DNA of 64,000 nt from Thecamonas trahens ATCC 50062. Taxonomy: Eukaryota; Protista; Apusomonadida. Shown piece after piece: positions 12,175 through 23,273 of the stretch. The DNA lies in the NCBI RefSeq assembly GCF_000142905.1, contig NW_013657677.1, forward strand, positions 523,167 to 587,166. Direction: 5' to 3'. Position numbers and translations under genes: made by a program. The notes beneath the pieces were generated by a model. The model was not told the DNA's origin. It worked only from the letters and a program-made list of their open reading frames with translations, and searched no databases. The number at the start of each line of letters is the position of its first letter. The stretch's first letter is position 1.

Positions 12175-14535
12175 ATGGCTGGCGAAGGGGAGGTCGATGT
12201 GCCACAGGCGCTGGCCTCTATTCGGGCCAACTCGTTGCTGCTGCTGGAGCACCTTGAGGTTGCTGGGGAGCGGGAGGGTCAGGTGAGAGAGGGTGGCCGA
12301 GACGGACGGGCCGACGATGGCGGTCAGCACGCGGTGGCTATGGGCGAGTGGATCCAGCTGCGGAAGGAGGTGCACTTGCGGAGAATTCAGCTGGTCGATG
12401 CCTGGGCGGAGGCTGCGGCAGGGGGTGGTCGGGCTGCCGTCCATGGCGTGGGCAAGCTCAGCGTCGCGGGCATGCTCGCGCTTCTCAATGGCGGAGACGC
12501 GGTCATCGCCTCGCTCAAGGAACGCCTGGTGGAGCTGGAGACGACGATGCGTGAGATGCAGATGGCGAGAGCTCGCAGCTCGCGCACAGGCGGTCTGGCG
12601 TCGTCGGTCCAGATTGTACGCGAGGCGTGGACTGGCGACGGTGGCCGCGCCGACGAGGCCGGCGCAACCACGCTCCGTACCCAGCTTGAGGCCATTGTCT
12701 CGCCGCCGGGAACGGTCGAGGCGCTTAACATCAAGGCCTTTATCTCACTCTTTTACAGTGAAAGCGAGTCGGCGTCCACACCTGAGGTTTCCGATGCCGA
12801 GCCCGAGCCCGAGGCCGGCGTAGGACAGTCCCTCGTCGACGAGTTCGACATTGTGCAGGGCAGCTCCGGCGAGGTGCAGGCTTTCCTAGAGGCGCTGGCG
12901 GATCTCGTGCTCTTCCGTCACCCGCATATCGAGGCCGACCGCGACGCGGTGGTCTATGCGCTAGAGGACGTTGTCTTTCCGGCGATTTACAACCGGGCGC
13001 TGCGGCTTGTGCGCGACGAGGCCGGCGACGCGCGGCTGGCTGCGCAGTGCAAGGCGTTTGGCCATGTCACCCAGTCGCGGCTTGGCATTGAGCCGCGATA
13101 CCAGTCTGTGCAACTGGTGCCGTTTGCGCTTCCGATCGCGCTGCTCAAGGCAGTGTACGTGTCGGTGACCCCGTCTCGCAAGCTCCGTGCGCTGTTTGAA
13201 GCCGCACAAGCGCTGTTTGACGAGCTCCATGCCGCCGTGCCCGAGACCCCGGTCTCAACGGACGTTTTTCTGCCCGCCTTTATTTACGTCGTGATCAAGG
13301 CCAACGTCCGCGGCCTGGCGACGACGCTTGCCTTTCTCAACCGATACGCGCTTCACCAACTGTTGCTTGGTGAACTCGGCTTTGTTGTCTCCTCGCTCGA
13401 GCTCGCCGCCGAGTACGTCACCGGACTTGACGTTGACGCACTGCCTGCGCCCGATGTTTGCCTTCAGGGTCGACCGTTTCTAGTTGCCGAGCGCGAGCGG
13501 TACCGGGCGTTCTGCGATGCCGACGACAAGTTTGACTTTCGGCCCGGCCCGCCGGTGCGCGTCGCCGATCACTGGCTGCTGGCAGTCCCGGCCTGGTTCT
13601 GGCACCCGCAGTACTTTGCAGCGACGCTAGTGGTGCCTGCAGGTAGCTTGGCGCTACCGGCCGCCACCAGCGGACCTGCCGTTGTCACCGGCGTGGTGAC
13701 AGCCTCGTCGAACCTCGCGCCTGCCCAGGCCGCGTACATCGACTCGGTGTTTTTCAGCCCACCTCCGCCACGGCAAGTGATCAGCATCGATGTCTTTGAC
13801 TACGAAGCCGTCGACGACTCGCCGCAAGCTGCGCTCATCGTGGCCGGCGATGCCGGGGCAGCGTTGCAGTGCGCGCCGGTCGCCACGGACACAGTGTTCT
13901 GGATTCCCGGCGGCGATTTTGACGCCGTCTCGCGGACTGTGTACACTGCAGTCATGGCTGAGAAGCTCGGCATTGTGGATGGCTCGCACTACGCGGGTCA
14001 CGTCGTTCCCGACGCTCTCCCGGGCGCCACAGTGGTGGCGTGGGATGAGAGTCTGGGATGTGGCGAGGAGCTTGCGGAAGCTGTTGCCGCTGCCTACGGT
14101 CCGTCTTGGGGTGCGCTGTGGAGCGATGCCGATGTGGGCAGCCGCGTTCGCGCCCTTGTTGTGGCGCTCCAGCACGCGCTGCACATTCTCGACGCGCTCC
14201 CGGTCTTTGTCCCGGTCCAAGAGCAGTTTGGCTTTATCCTCTCTGCCGCGCTCACTGCGTTCCAAGCCAAGCACGGCCTTGCCGCAAGTGGCGGGCGGCT
14301 CGATCCGGCAGGCTACAGCGATGTCATGGGCGTTCTCGAGGCACGGCGAGCGCATCTGGCGCGGCTTGGCCACCTCGATCCGGACGCCAGCCTCGCCCAG
14401 CTCCTGCGCACCCCGCAACTCCTACGCGACGCGGTGCGCGCCTTTCAGCGGTCAGAAGAGCTGTTTGTGGACGGGCGCCTCGGTGCCAAGACTATGGCCG
14501 CGCTCTCTTCCCAGCATGGCGAGCTGGTTGCGTGA
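12175..14535 (+). CDS. VPS9-domain (Rab5-family GEF) protein with a C-terminal Stb2/Stb6-like region containing peptidoglycan-binding-like repeats
   Basis: VPS9 motifs TPSRKLRAL, STDVFLPAFIYVVIKAN and GELGFVVSSLELA. C-terminal AVRAFQRSEELFVDGRLGAKTMAAL. Confidence 0.75.
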   Translation: MAGEGEVDVPQALASIRANSLLLLEHLEVAGEREGQVREGGRDGRADDGGQHAVAMGEWIQLRKEVHLRRIQLVDAWAEAAAGGGRAAVHGVGKLSVAGMLALLNGGDAVIASLKERLVELETTMREMQMARARSSRTGGLASSVQIVREAWTGDGGRADEAGATTLRTQLEAIVSPPGTVEALNIKAFISLFYSESESASTPEVSDAEPEPEAGVGQSLVDEFDIVQGSSGEVQAFLEALADLVLFRHPHIEADRDAVVYALEDVVFPAIYNRALRLVRDEAGDARLAAQCKAFGHVTQSRLGIEPRYQSVQLVPFALPIALLKAVYVSVTPSRKLRALFEAAQALFDELHAAVPETPVSTDVFLPAFIYVVIKANVRGLATTLAFLNRYALHQLLLGELGFVVSSLELAAEYVTGLDVDALPAPDVCLQGRPFLVAERERYRAFCDADDKFDFRPGPPVRVADHWLLAVPAWFWHPQYFAATLVVPAGSLALPAATSGPAVVTGVVTASSNLAPAQAAYIDSVFFSPPPPRQVISIDVFDYEAVDDSPQAALIVAGDAGAALQCAPVATDTVFWIPGGDFDAVSRTVYTAVMAEKLGIVDGSHYAGHVVPDALPGATVVAWDESLGCGEELAEAVAAAYGPSWGALWSDADVGSRVRALVVALQHALHILDALPVFVPVQEQFGFILSAALTAFQAKHGLAASGGRLDPAGYSDVMGVLEARRAHLARLGHLDPDASLAQLLRTPQLLRDAVRAFQRSEELFVDGRLGAKTMAALSSQHGELVA

Positions 14536-14651
14536 TGGCCGTCAAAGTGGGTAAATGGCCAGCCATGCCGCGGGTGTACCGGCTGCTCAGCCGCTCCTTC
14601 CCGCTCTCCCGCGGTCGACACCGACTGCACGCACCTCTCTGTCCGCTTGGC

Positions 14652-15962
14652 ATGTCGGTGGACCCGGCGTCACTGACCATTCCGGTGACGCACCTCGCAG
14701 TGGCTGTCCTTGGGGCAGAGCGTGTGGGCAAGACGACGCTGCTAACGAGGCTTCTGACCGGCGGCGAGCCTGCGGAGGTGACGGGCGACGAGGTCGACGA
14801 CGGTGGGCTGACCGAGGGGTTGGGCGGCGCGGCAGGCGGTGACGGGACAGGCACAGGTGCCGGCACGCATCGGGTGAACAAGCTTGTGCCATCGTTGTCG
14901 ATCGGCCGGTTGGACCGGGCATCATCGCTGTCGCGCACCATGTCGCTGCAGTACACCATGTCGATGGACAGCGCATGGAGTGCCACCTCCAACGGGGGCG
15001 GTACCGGCTCGGGCGATGGCGAGGCCCGGTTCTTGGGAGCGGTTCGGGCGTCGAAGCAAGTGCGGCTGTCTGACTCGGCATACTTGCTGGAGTTGCAGGA
15101 AGTGCCGGGCTTGTTCGGGCCGAGTGCGCCGCAGGCGGTCTCCGCGCTGATGGCAGCACAGGCAGTTGCAGTCGTCTACGCGCTCGACGATGCGAGCTCA
15201 CTAGCGCCGGCGCTAGCGTACATTGACAGCGCGCGACGAGTGCTCGGGCCGGGCGTCCCGCTCATTCTTGTGGGCAACAAGGCCGATGCGCGCCGGGCCA
15301 TTCCGTTTGACGAGATCCTGGCCATCAGAGAGTACTACGACGTTCCCGGTATCGAGCTCGCGGCGACCGACTCGTTGACTGCCATTCATCGGGCGTTTGC
15401 GCTGCTTGGAGCGTGTGTGGCGCAGCGGCGGGCGGGGCTGATCTCGGCCGGTGCGCGGGTGGCGGATCGTGTCGGGATGCCGAGCCCGGGGCCGGCGCTT
15501 GCGGCGGTGTGGGCCGCGCACGCCGACGTGTTGCTGGCGTGCGGGTGGCTGATGTGTGCTGACGGGGTGTCATGCCCACGCGAGCTGGAGGCGCTGGTGT
15601 GTGCGGCGGTGGCACACGGCGCGGGCCTCGCGCGGGCAAGCAAGAGACGACATGGCGACGACGGCGAGGGCGGCGGCGGCGGCGAGGGTGGCGGCGGCGA
15701 CGATGGCGGCGAGGCCAGCGACGAGTCGGACGACGGCGGCGACTACGATGACAACAGCGCACTGCTCACCCCCGAAACGCTCATCAACGAGAAGACGCGA
15801 CGGCTGTTTATCCGACTGCCAGGCGCTTCACACGAGCCGCGGGTGGGCCTCCGCGACCTTGTGGCGCTGGTGACGACGACGTCGTCGTCGGCTGCGGCTG
15901 CGGCGTGGGCATCCGAGTCGTTTACGCCGCCGTCGGCGGTGGCGCGCTACCCGCAGACATGA
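14652..15962 (+). CDS. Atypical Ras-superfamily small GTPase with a long insertion and C-terminal extension
   Basis: G1 GAERVGKT, G3-like EVPG, VVYALDD, G4 VGNKAD, G5-like ELAA. Confidence 0.7.
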   Translation: MSVDPASLTIPVTHLAVAVLGAERVGKTTLLTRLLTGGEPAEVTGDEVDDGGLTEGLGGAAGGDGTGTGAGTHRVNKLVPSLSIGRLDRASSLSRTMSLQYTMSMDSAWSATSNGGGTGSGDGEARFLGAVRASKQVRLSDSAYLLELQEVPGLFGPSAPQAVSALMAAQAVAVVYALDDASSLAPALAYIDSARRVLGPGVPLILVGNKADARRAIPFDEILAIREYYDVPGIELAATDSLTAIHRAFALLGACVAQRRAGLISAGARVADRVGMPSPGPALAAVWAAHADVLLACGWLMCADGVSCPRELEALVCAAVAHGAGLARASKRRHGDDGEGGGGGEGGGGDDGGEASDESDDGGDYDDNSALLTPETLINEKTRRLFIRLPGASHEPRVGLRDLVALVTTTSSSAAAAAWASESFTPPSAVARYPQT

Positions 15963-15968
15963 CAGATG

Positions 15969-17457
15969 CTACGCGCCGTCCATGAGGGCGAGGAGATCGT
16001 CCTCGTCGCCGAGGCCATCGGCCTGGTGCTCGGGGCTCGAGCCTGGATTGTTGTTGAGCGCGGTCATGATGGAGCTGAGCTCGGTGTTGGCAGCATAGTG
16101 GGTGGCACCCATGGCGTCTTGGGCGTCAATGACGATCATGCCGGACGTAGCCGGGCCGTCATCGTCAGAGGTGTCCGAGTCGTCGCCGCCAAGGAGCGAG
16201 CCGGTGGCGACGGCGCGGGCTGGAGCGCCGGGCACGGCCGGCTTGCGGGCGGGCGAGTCTGCGGCGCCGAGGTCCGGGAAGAGATTGACCAAGAACGGGG
16301 TTGCCGAGGCCGGCTCGTCGACAGCCGGCTCGACGCCGAGCATGGACGAGAGCATGGCGAGCTCTGCACGGGCGAGCGCAGCGTGCTTGGCGGCCTCGTT
16401 CTTGCGGAGCTTGGCCTTGGGCAGCGCCTTTGCGGCCGACTTGGAGCGCAGGTTGCGGTCAAAGATGGACTTGGAGAGGCCGCGGCGCTTGCGCGAGCGG
16501 CGCTTGCGGTTCGACTCACCGGGGCCCGACTCTGTGGCTGCGGCGGTGGCCTCGGCATACATGTTAAAGCCGTACGGTGAGGCGCGGTCCTGGGCCGGAA
16601 TGGTACACGGCTCGAGCGTAGCGAGCGTTTCAAACGCACCGGTAGTGCCCGACGGGGCATAGATGATGGCGCCCGGGACGTTGAAGAACGGCGGGGTGAC
16701 GCCCTGCAGCGTGTCGACAATAAACGTGCCGTCGGGCCGCTGGATGGACGAGTTAAGGAAGAGGGAGACCTTGACGCGACGATCCTGGAAAAAGGCGAGG
16801 ATGGTCTGCTGGACGAGCATCCAATCGCCGTAGGTGAGCGAGTCGTAGATCGAGCCGATGCGGGCGTCGGCGGCGTCAATGGCGGTGATGACCTCGGCGG
16901 CGTTGCTGGCGGCGGCAACAATGTTGCGCAGCTCGTCGAGATGGTTGCGGGTGATCTGCAGGATCTCGGGCGGGATCGAGGCGGCGATGACATGGTACTT
17001 GAAGCCCATCGACATGAGGTCAAAGAGCTTGGACATGGAGTTGTCTGAGAGCTTCATGATCGACGCGTGTGCCAGGTCCTGGAACATGGTCAGCAGCTGC
17101 TTTGGCGTGTACACCAGCTGCGGCTCGAAGAGCGTGTCCAGCAGCGAGGGCTTGAGCAGGGCGAGGACGACATCGCCGAGGACTAGGTCTGCGGTGAGTG
17201 CGATGCCAAGAGGAGGGGTAAAGACAGGCAGGAAACAACAACGGCAGCCTACCTCTAGCAGCTTTGGACGCGCCGATGTTCTGTGCAGCAAGACGCTGCT
17301 GGAGGACAAATACCATTTCGGCACCCATGTTGAGGGCGAGGAGCGGGACAGCAAAGACAGAGGCGGCGCCCGAGGTCCGTCCCGAGCTGGACGTCTTGGA
17401 GCTATTGCTCCCACCGCCGCTGCTCCCGCCGCTCCCGCCACCAGCCACAGCAGACAT
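15969..17457 (-). CDS. OSCP1: OSCP1 (organic solute carrier partner 1), cilia-associated; exons 17457-17253 and 17182-15969
   Basis: PLLALNMGAEMVFVLQQRLAAQNI, LAHASIMKLSDNSMSKLFDLMSMGFKY, FFQDRRVKVSLFL and terminal EDDLLALMD. Intron 17183-17252. Confidence 0.92.
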
Positions 17458-17514
17458 GATTGTTGTGCGTGTGTAGCCTGCGTGCACGTATGTGTGTATG
17501 TGCGAGGGGAGTGT

Positions 17515-17519
<5 letters not shown>

Positions 17520-17597
<78 letters not shown>
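17520..17597. repeat. (TG)n microsatellite, about 39 units
   Basis: Directly visible between the divergent OSCP1 and MED7 genes. Confidence 0.97.
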
Positions 17598-17598
<1 letters not shown>

Positions 17599-17694
17599 TA
17601 TGTTCCATCGCCTGCAGGGACTGGAGTTGGGTGTGGTGGACGGTGAGCGGAGAGCGACGGGCCAGGTCTGGCGGCCTGGGCTGGCGGCTTAGGC

Positions 17695-18564
17695 TTGGGC
17701 TTGGACTCAAGCTGCCGCGGGAGGGTACACTTGTCGCACACCAACAGCGAGGGAGGGCGTGGTCGGAAACGGTGGTTAGTGTGGCTTGCGCTGCCAGCTC
17801 CTCCTCCTCCGCCGCCGCGACCAGAGCCAGGCGCAACGTACACCATGTTTGGGGAGAGCGTGACAGCTGGCCCGGTGCCGAGCACTGTGCTCGCACGGGA
17901 CGCATTGGTGGTCGATGGCGTGTCGACGGCTTCGCCGGCTCCGTCCGCCGTCCCGGCCCTTCTCACTTCGCTGCTGGACGCCGTTGTCCGGAGCTACCTT
18001 GCCCTGCTCCACACGCTCACCCACTCTCCAGATGCCGCCGATGGCGCCATTGTCTCGCTCCGATCGATGCTGTACAACATGACTGTCCTCACCTCCTCCC
18101 TCCGAGCCAACGAAGCGCGTCTTGGCATCAAGAAAGCTCTCGAGGCCGACGTCGCTCGCAAGCGTGCCCTCCTCGCCGACTTTGCCTCCCTTCGTCCGCA
18201 CATCCAGAACCTGCTTGCCACCGCCCGCTCCGCCATGGTTGCCAAGGCCACTTCCCTTGCCAACCAAGTCGACGAACTCGTGGCTGCTGCGCCCAGTCTT
18301 GCTGACGTTGCCGAGACCGGCGCCCCGCTGCCGTCGCCCACCGTCGCTCGCCCGGCCTCCCCGCCGTCGTCGCCCTCACTGCCGAGGCGCGCCGGCGTCG
18401 ATCCCACGGCTACTGCGCCATCACCGCGCCGTACCCTTGCTTCTGGATCTACCCTTCCATGCCCACGCGAACTGACGCACCCGGCATTTGCACCCGTATC
18501 ACCCCTTATCTCGCCGTCGCTCACTGCAGCCATGGCCGCACTTTGTACAAGTCGCGCCGAGTAA
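17695..18564 (+). CDS. MED7: Mediator subunit MED7 (start uncertain, probably an upstream exon)
   Basis: PPPPP..YTMFG followed by the helical MED7 pattern (YLALLHTL..P, NMTVLTSSLRANEAR matching INEYRPHQAR). Confidence 0.65.
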   Translation: MGLDSSCRGRVHLSHTNSEGGRGRKRWLVWLALPAPPPPPPRPEPGATYTMFGESVTAGPVPSTVLARDALVVDGVSTASPAPSAVPALLTSLLDAVVRSYLALLHTLTHSPDAADGAIVSLRSMLYNMTVLTSSLRANEARLGIKKALEADVARKRALLADFASLRPHIQNLLATARSAMVAKATSLANQVDELVAAAPSLADVAETGAPLPSPTVARPASPPSSPSLPRRAGVDPTATAPSPRRTLASGSTLPCPRELTHPAFAPVSPLISPSLTAAMAALCTSRAE

Positions 18565-18900
18565 CAGCCTCGTTGACAACAAACGTTTGACAGATTTCTT
18601 TGCCGGGACAACTACCGACCGCTCGTCGCTCTCCTTCTGCCATCGCCACCGCCCGTGCATCCTCTAGCTACCACCCAGCGTGCCAGCTCCCCTCGCACAC
18701 GTGCTTGGCGTTGTCTCGCATCCTTGACATGCTCTGCACAGGTTGGCGTGGTTCGTCGGAATGATGCTTATTGGAACGCGGGTCAGCGCTATTGTGCCAA
18801 TCAAAGCCGTGGCGCTGACTAGAGCGAATAGTTGGCAGGCGCGAAGAGCGCAAGCTGCCAGCGGCCGTCGCCCCTGGTCAGTCGGCACCGCTCTTGGGTG

Positions 18901-21900
18901 ATGCACGGCCTCATTCCCGCACTTGTGTGTGGTCTTGCACTCGCCGCGGTCTTGCCACACGTAAAGGGCGTGCTTACCGGGTATGCTCCGCCTTCCAACG
19001 TCACCCTTGTCGGCATTTACCCGCTCACCGGCTCGCTTGCCGGCCCTGGAGCGCACGTCCACACCGGCGTCTTACTCGCCATCGAGGATATCAACCGCAA
19101 CCCGAACCTTCTCCCCAAGGTATGTCCCGCACCTTGCTAATCCCCCCTGTTCCCTTGCTCCCTGGCGTGTAGCGCCAATGCATCCACGCAAGAGTCTGCA
19201 GAGACTGTACTCCCACTCCTCTTTCTCTCTTTCTTCCCCCCTCCCCCTCCGTCTCCCTCCCCCGCTTCCCCGCCCACCTCCTCCCGCGCCCTCTGTCTTG
19301 TGTCGCTCCGCCGTGCTCAACTTGCTTTTCGCCGCGTGGCCGGGTCCACGGCACGATTTTTTCCGGGACCAATTTGTTGCGCTCCGCACAAAGGCCATGA
19401 GGTGGCACTCACAGGAACACGTGCGTGGTGGTGGCGGCAATGCGTCATGGCCTTTGGCTCCACCAAATGGTGTGGGCGATGACAGACTATGCTGTTGCTG
19501 GATGCGTATGACAGCGAGGGATCCGCGTCTGACGCCACGCTTGGCATGTTGACTGCCATCCAGAAGCACGGTGATGAGATTGTGGGCGTGGTCGGCGCCG
19601 GTGTCTCGTCGGTCTCGCGTGCCATCCAAAACATCGCGTCGCTGTTCAAGCTTCCGCAGATCTCACCAGCGTCAACAGCATCGGTGCTGTCGGACAAGGA
19701 CGCGTACCCAACTTTTGCGCGTCTGCTGGCGCCCGAGTCGTTGCGTGGTGCGGCCATGGCGCGGATCATCAAGGCGTACGGCTGGAAGCGAGTCATGGTC
19801 ATCTTCCACTCGGACGACTACGGTGCGTCGGCCGGACAGGCGTTTGCAGCCTACGCCACAGAGCTCGGAATCGAGGTCACGGCGCAACTCTCGTACCGCG
19901 CGGGCACCTCCGACTTTTCCCAGGTTGCCTCGCTCATGCAGAAGACTACCCGGACGCATGTGGTTTTTCTCGCTGGCTTTTCCTATGAAATGGCCGGCAT
20001 TTCAAGGAGCTCTCGGCGCGCAAGCTGCTTGACGGACGTTTCATCTTCTGTGGCGGCGACTGGATGACCTCTGAGTTTATCGCGTCGACCGACCTGCCGG
20101 AGCGTGAGCTGGTGGGGCTCATTGGCCTTGTCTCATCATTTGAGGAGACTGCGCACACGGCCCAGTTTCGCGCTCGTTGGCCGTCACTCAACGAGACCCT
20201 GTATCCCGCAGCCAAGTTTCCCGAGCCGACCGCCTTTGCGCTCTTCTCGTACGACGTGGTCACGCTCTTTGCACATGCGATACATGCCGCCATTTCTGCC
20301 GAGACCGACGTGTACGACGGCCTCGCGCTCATGGATCGCATTGCGCAGACGACCTTTATCGGTCTGACAGGGAACATCACACTCGACTTTAACTACGACC
20401 GCGTCTCGCAGTACTCGGTGGTCAACTACCAAGGTGGTGCAAATATGCGGACCGTGGGAACGTGGCGGGTCGACCAGACGCTACATCTCACCACCCCGCT
20501 TCGGTTTTCGGGCAACACCACCGAGATACCGTTCCTGAAAGAGGATGTGCCAACGTCTGAGAGCAACACAGTGTTTATTCTTGTCATTGTTCTCTCGACC
20601 ACGATTGTGGTCATTGTCGGCGTCCTCCTGCTGGTAGCAGTCCTGATGTTGCGGCGGCGGCGGGCGCAGGTGGTCAACCTCGAGGTCCAGAACAAGCAGC
20701 TCAATCTCGAGACGCGGGCGCTCAACTCGCGACTGGACACTCTGTCGGAGATGACGTCGGCTGAGTCGGGTCGGACAACGACGTCGCCGGTAATCGACAT
20801 TCCGGTCAACCAAGTGCTAAGCCTACTGTGGCGGCTGCAGGGCACAGTCCACTCACCGAAGGATCTGCAAGACATCAACGCTGCCATCGAGGCCATCCAG
20901 TCGAACGTCTTGTTTACACCCGAGACCAAGGACGCGAACACAGCGTCGCGCGACTTGGACACCCGCGAGTGGATCCGCGCAACACTCATCGAGTCGCCAT
21001 GGACCGGTGAGGCGCAGACCGGCTTGTCGCGGGCCATGGCCTCGATCTCCCTCTCGGCAACCGGCAAAGTCGACTCCCTCGACCAGTCGGGTCAGCTCGC
21101 CGCCACCATTCCTGGCCTCGCCGACCCGGACTTTGACATATTCACCTACGCGCACACAGACGCTATGCCTCTCCGCTCTATTTTCGTTGCCATTGTTCAA
21201 GAGCGCGGCCTCCTCTCCGTGCTTGGCATCGACAAGGTCAAGTTTGCCAAGTTTGCCAAAGTCCTCGACCTCGCGTGCGAGGGCACCACCAATGCCTTCC
21301 ACAACGTCCTCCACTCGGCACACTCTCTCCAGTACGCGCACTACATCCTCACCTCGTCGGGCCTGTACAATATCCTCTCGCCGCTGGACGCTTTTGCCGC
21401 CTTTTTGCTGTCGCCATCAAAGACATCGGCCACCCGGGCGTGACGGCGTCGTTCCTGGTCAAAACCCAGTCAAAGATCGCCATCCGCTACTCGAATCGGT
21501 CGGTCCTTGAGCTGCACCACCTCGCGCTCGCCTTCCAGCTGGCCCTCTCGCCCGAGTTCAAGCTCTTTGCGCCGCTCTCGCCTGCCAAGTTTGACCAGTT
21601 CCACAGGCTGGTGACAGACCTCGTCCTCGCATCAGACATGCACCGACACGTCGAGTTTATGTCGCGGTTCTCGATCACGCTCGGTTTGTCGATGCCTGGC
21701 GCGCGCGCAGTGCCGCCCGCAGCTGACAGAGCAAAGCCCCACCCTAACGGGATGCGGCCGACTGGTTCCTCTGCGCGCGAGGCGCTCCTCACCCGACTGC
21801 GCGGCGACGACAAGCTCCTCCGTCTCGCCCTCGCCATGCTCGTCAAGCTCACGCCGTTCTCGTTTGTCGCGCGTCCGGCTCCACTGAGCAAGGTCTGGGC

Positions 21901-22440
21901 CCACCGGTTCACCTGTGAGCAGTTCTCGCAGGGCCGCAAAGAAGCCGCGCTTGGAATCGCCGTCTCTCCGTTTATGGACGGCAAGTCGACGTCTGTCACC
22001 AAGGGCCTCACCTCCATCGCCCGCATCGTAGTCAAGCCCATGTTCCAGGCTTGGGTCGCCGCCTTTGGCGGCATCGAGCTCACGTCCAACGTCAATGCCT
22101 TCCTCACCACGTGGCTCACCAAGCTCCCCGAGGTGGCCGCCGCAGAGCACGACGCCGCCGTCGCGGCCATGACTGCTTACGACACTGCCTACTTTCGTAC
22201 CCTGAGCAAGCTCACCCACACCGTCAACTCGATGTCGCTTCCGGCCATTGCAGACGACGGCGCTGGCAATAGCAAGGCCCGCGCTTTGTCGAGTCGCTGC
22301 TCTCGTACGCCGGCGATGTCCACGATCCGGAGCTCATTTCGGCCATGCCGTTGGTCGATGATCGGCTGGACATCGCCGACGACGTCTGTGCGTTCTCCGA
22401 GCCTGCCCTCACCACTGCGTGCCAGGAAGAAGATAGCTGA
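18901..22440 (+). CDS. Single-pass receptor: signal peptide, ANF-receptor/Venus-flytrap ectodomain, TM, coiled coil and degenerate class I PDE domain. Intron 19120-19485; frameshifts near 20000, 21402 and probably 22276
   Basis: LAIEDINRNPNLLP, GVVGAGVSSVS, PQISPASTASVLSDKDAYPTFAR, YGWKRV and FIGLTGNITLD (Venus flytrap). TM at about 20572-20650. FHNVLH, DIGHPG, SVLELHH, LASDM, QGRKE and SPFMD (PDE). Confidence 0.8.
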
Positions 22441-22621
22441 TGCCGACGCTTTCGAGGTTAAATTCTCCGCCATGCATCATTTGCCCGACTGCACTCTGCG
22501 GGCGTGGCGGGCGGCAGCAACTTGGTTGTGGGCGGCTCGCAGCCCGGCGGTGAGTCGCTGACTCGCGGACCCACGCTGCCAAAGCGAAAGTCGCCACCGC
22601 TCGACTCGACTCCCGCCCCGC

Positions 22622-22897
22622 ATGCCCCGCTCCCCGCTTGTCCGCGTCGGTATTCCCTTTGTCGGCTTTATGGTCGCCGGTCTATACGGCGCGACGTACA
22701 TGATGGACAAGAAGTTCGAGCGGTCGACCGCGAGCAAGACCAATGTGACGCTCGAGGAGCGGACAAAGAGGCACGTCAAGAAGCGCAAGGTCTCCATCGA
22801 GGAGGAGTACCAGCGCCTCCGCGATCACGCCGCGGAATCCGGATCAAACTATGAGAACAAGCCTGTGCCTCGCACAAACGCTCCGCGATCGCTCTAG
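22622..22897 (+). CDS. COX16: Cytochrome c oxidase assembly protein COX16
   Basis: GIPFVGFMVAGLYG TM, SIEEEYQRL and YENKPVPR. Confidence 0.85.
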   Translation: MPRSPLVRVGIPFVGFMVAGLYGATYMMDKKFERSTASKTNVTLEERTKRHVKKRKVSIEEEYQRLRDHAAESGSNYENKPVPRTNAPRSL

Positions 22898-23273
22898 CGC
22901 ATGGCTGGCCACCGATGCGTTGGCTGATGCTTCATGCGGCGCCGGGCTTCGAGGCGTGCCGGCCGGGACCTGGCTGGGCCTGCTGCGCGGACCAGATGTG
23001 CGCTGATGGGGCCAGGATGCTACAGGGTGACGCAATCAAATGTCTTTGTCGACTCGTGAGCATGGCGAAGAACACATTGTCTGGGTCTTCTCGGTCTGGC
23101 TTCACACTGGACGGCGTGGAAAGCATTGGCTGGGCGTGGGCTGGGGACCGGCGGACGGGGAACGAAGCGACGCGACATGCCGTCGTCGCCAGCAGCGAGC
23201 GGCGGACCGGCGGCTCAACCCGCCCCCTTGTGGCGAGGCTGGCTTTGGGTAAACGCATAGAACTCGTCTGACG

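Noticed and set aside
22900-23270. Short ORFs between COX16 and LeuRS and in 18570-18900, 39400-39730 and 50320-50640
   Set aside because: No recognisable motifs or coding-like bias; treated as intergenic or UTR.
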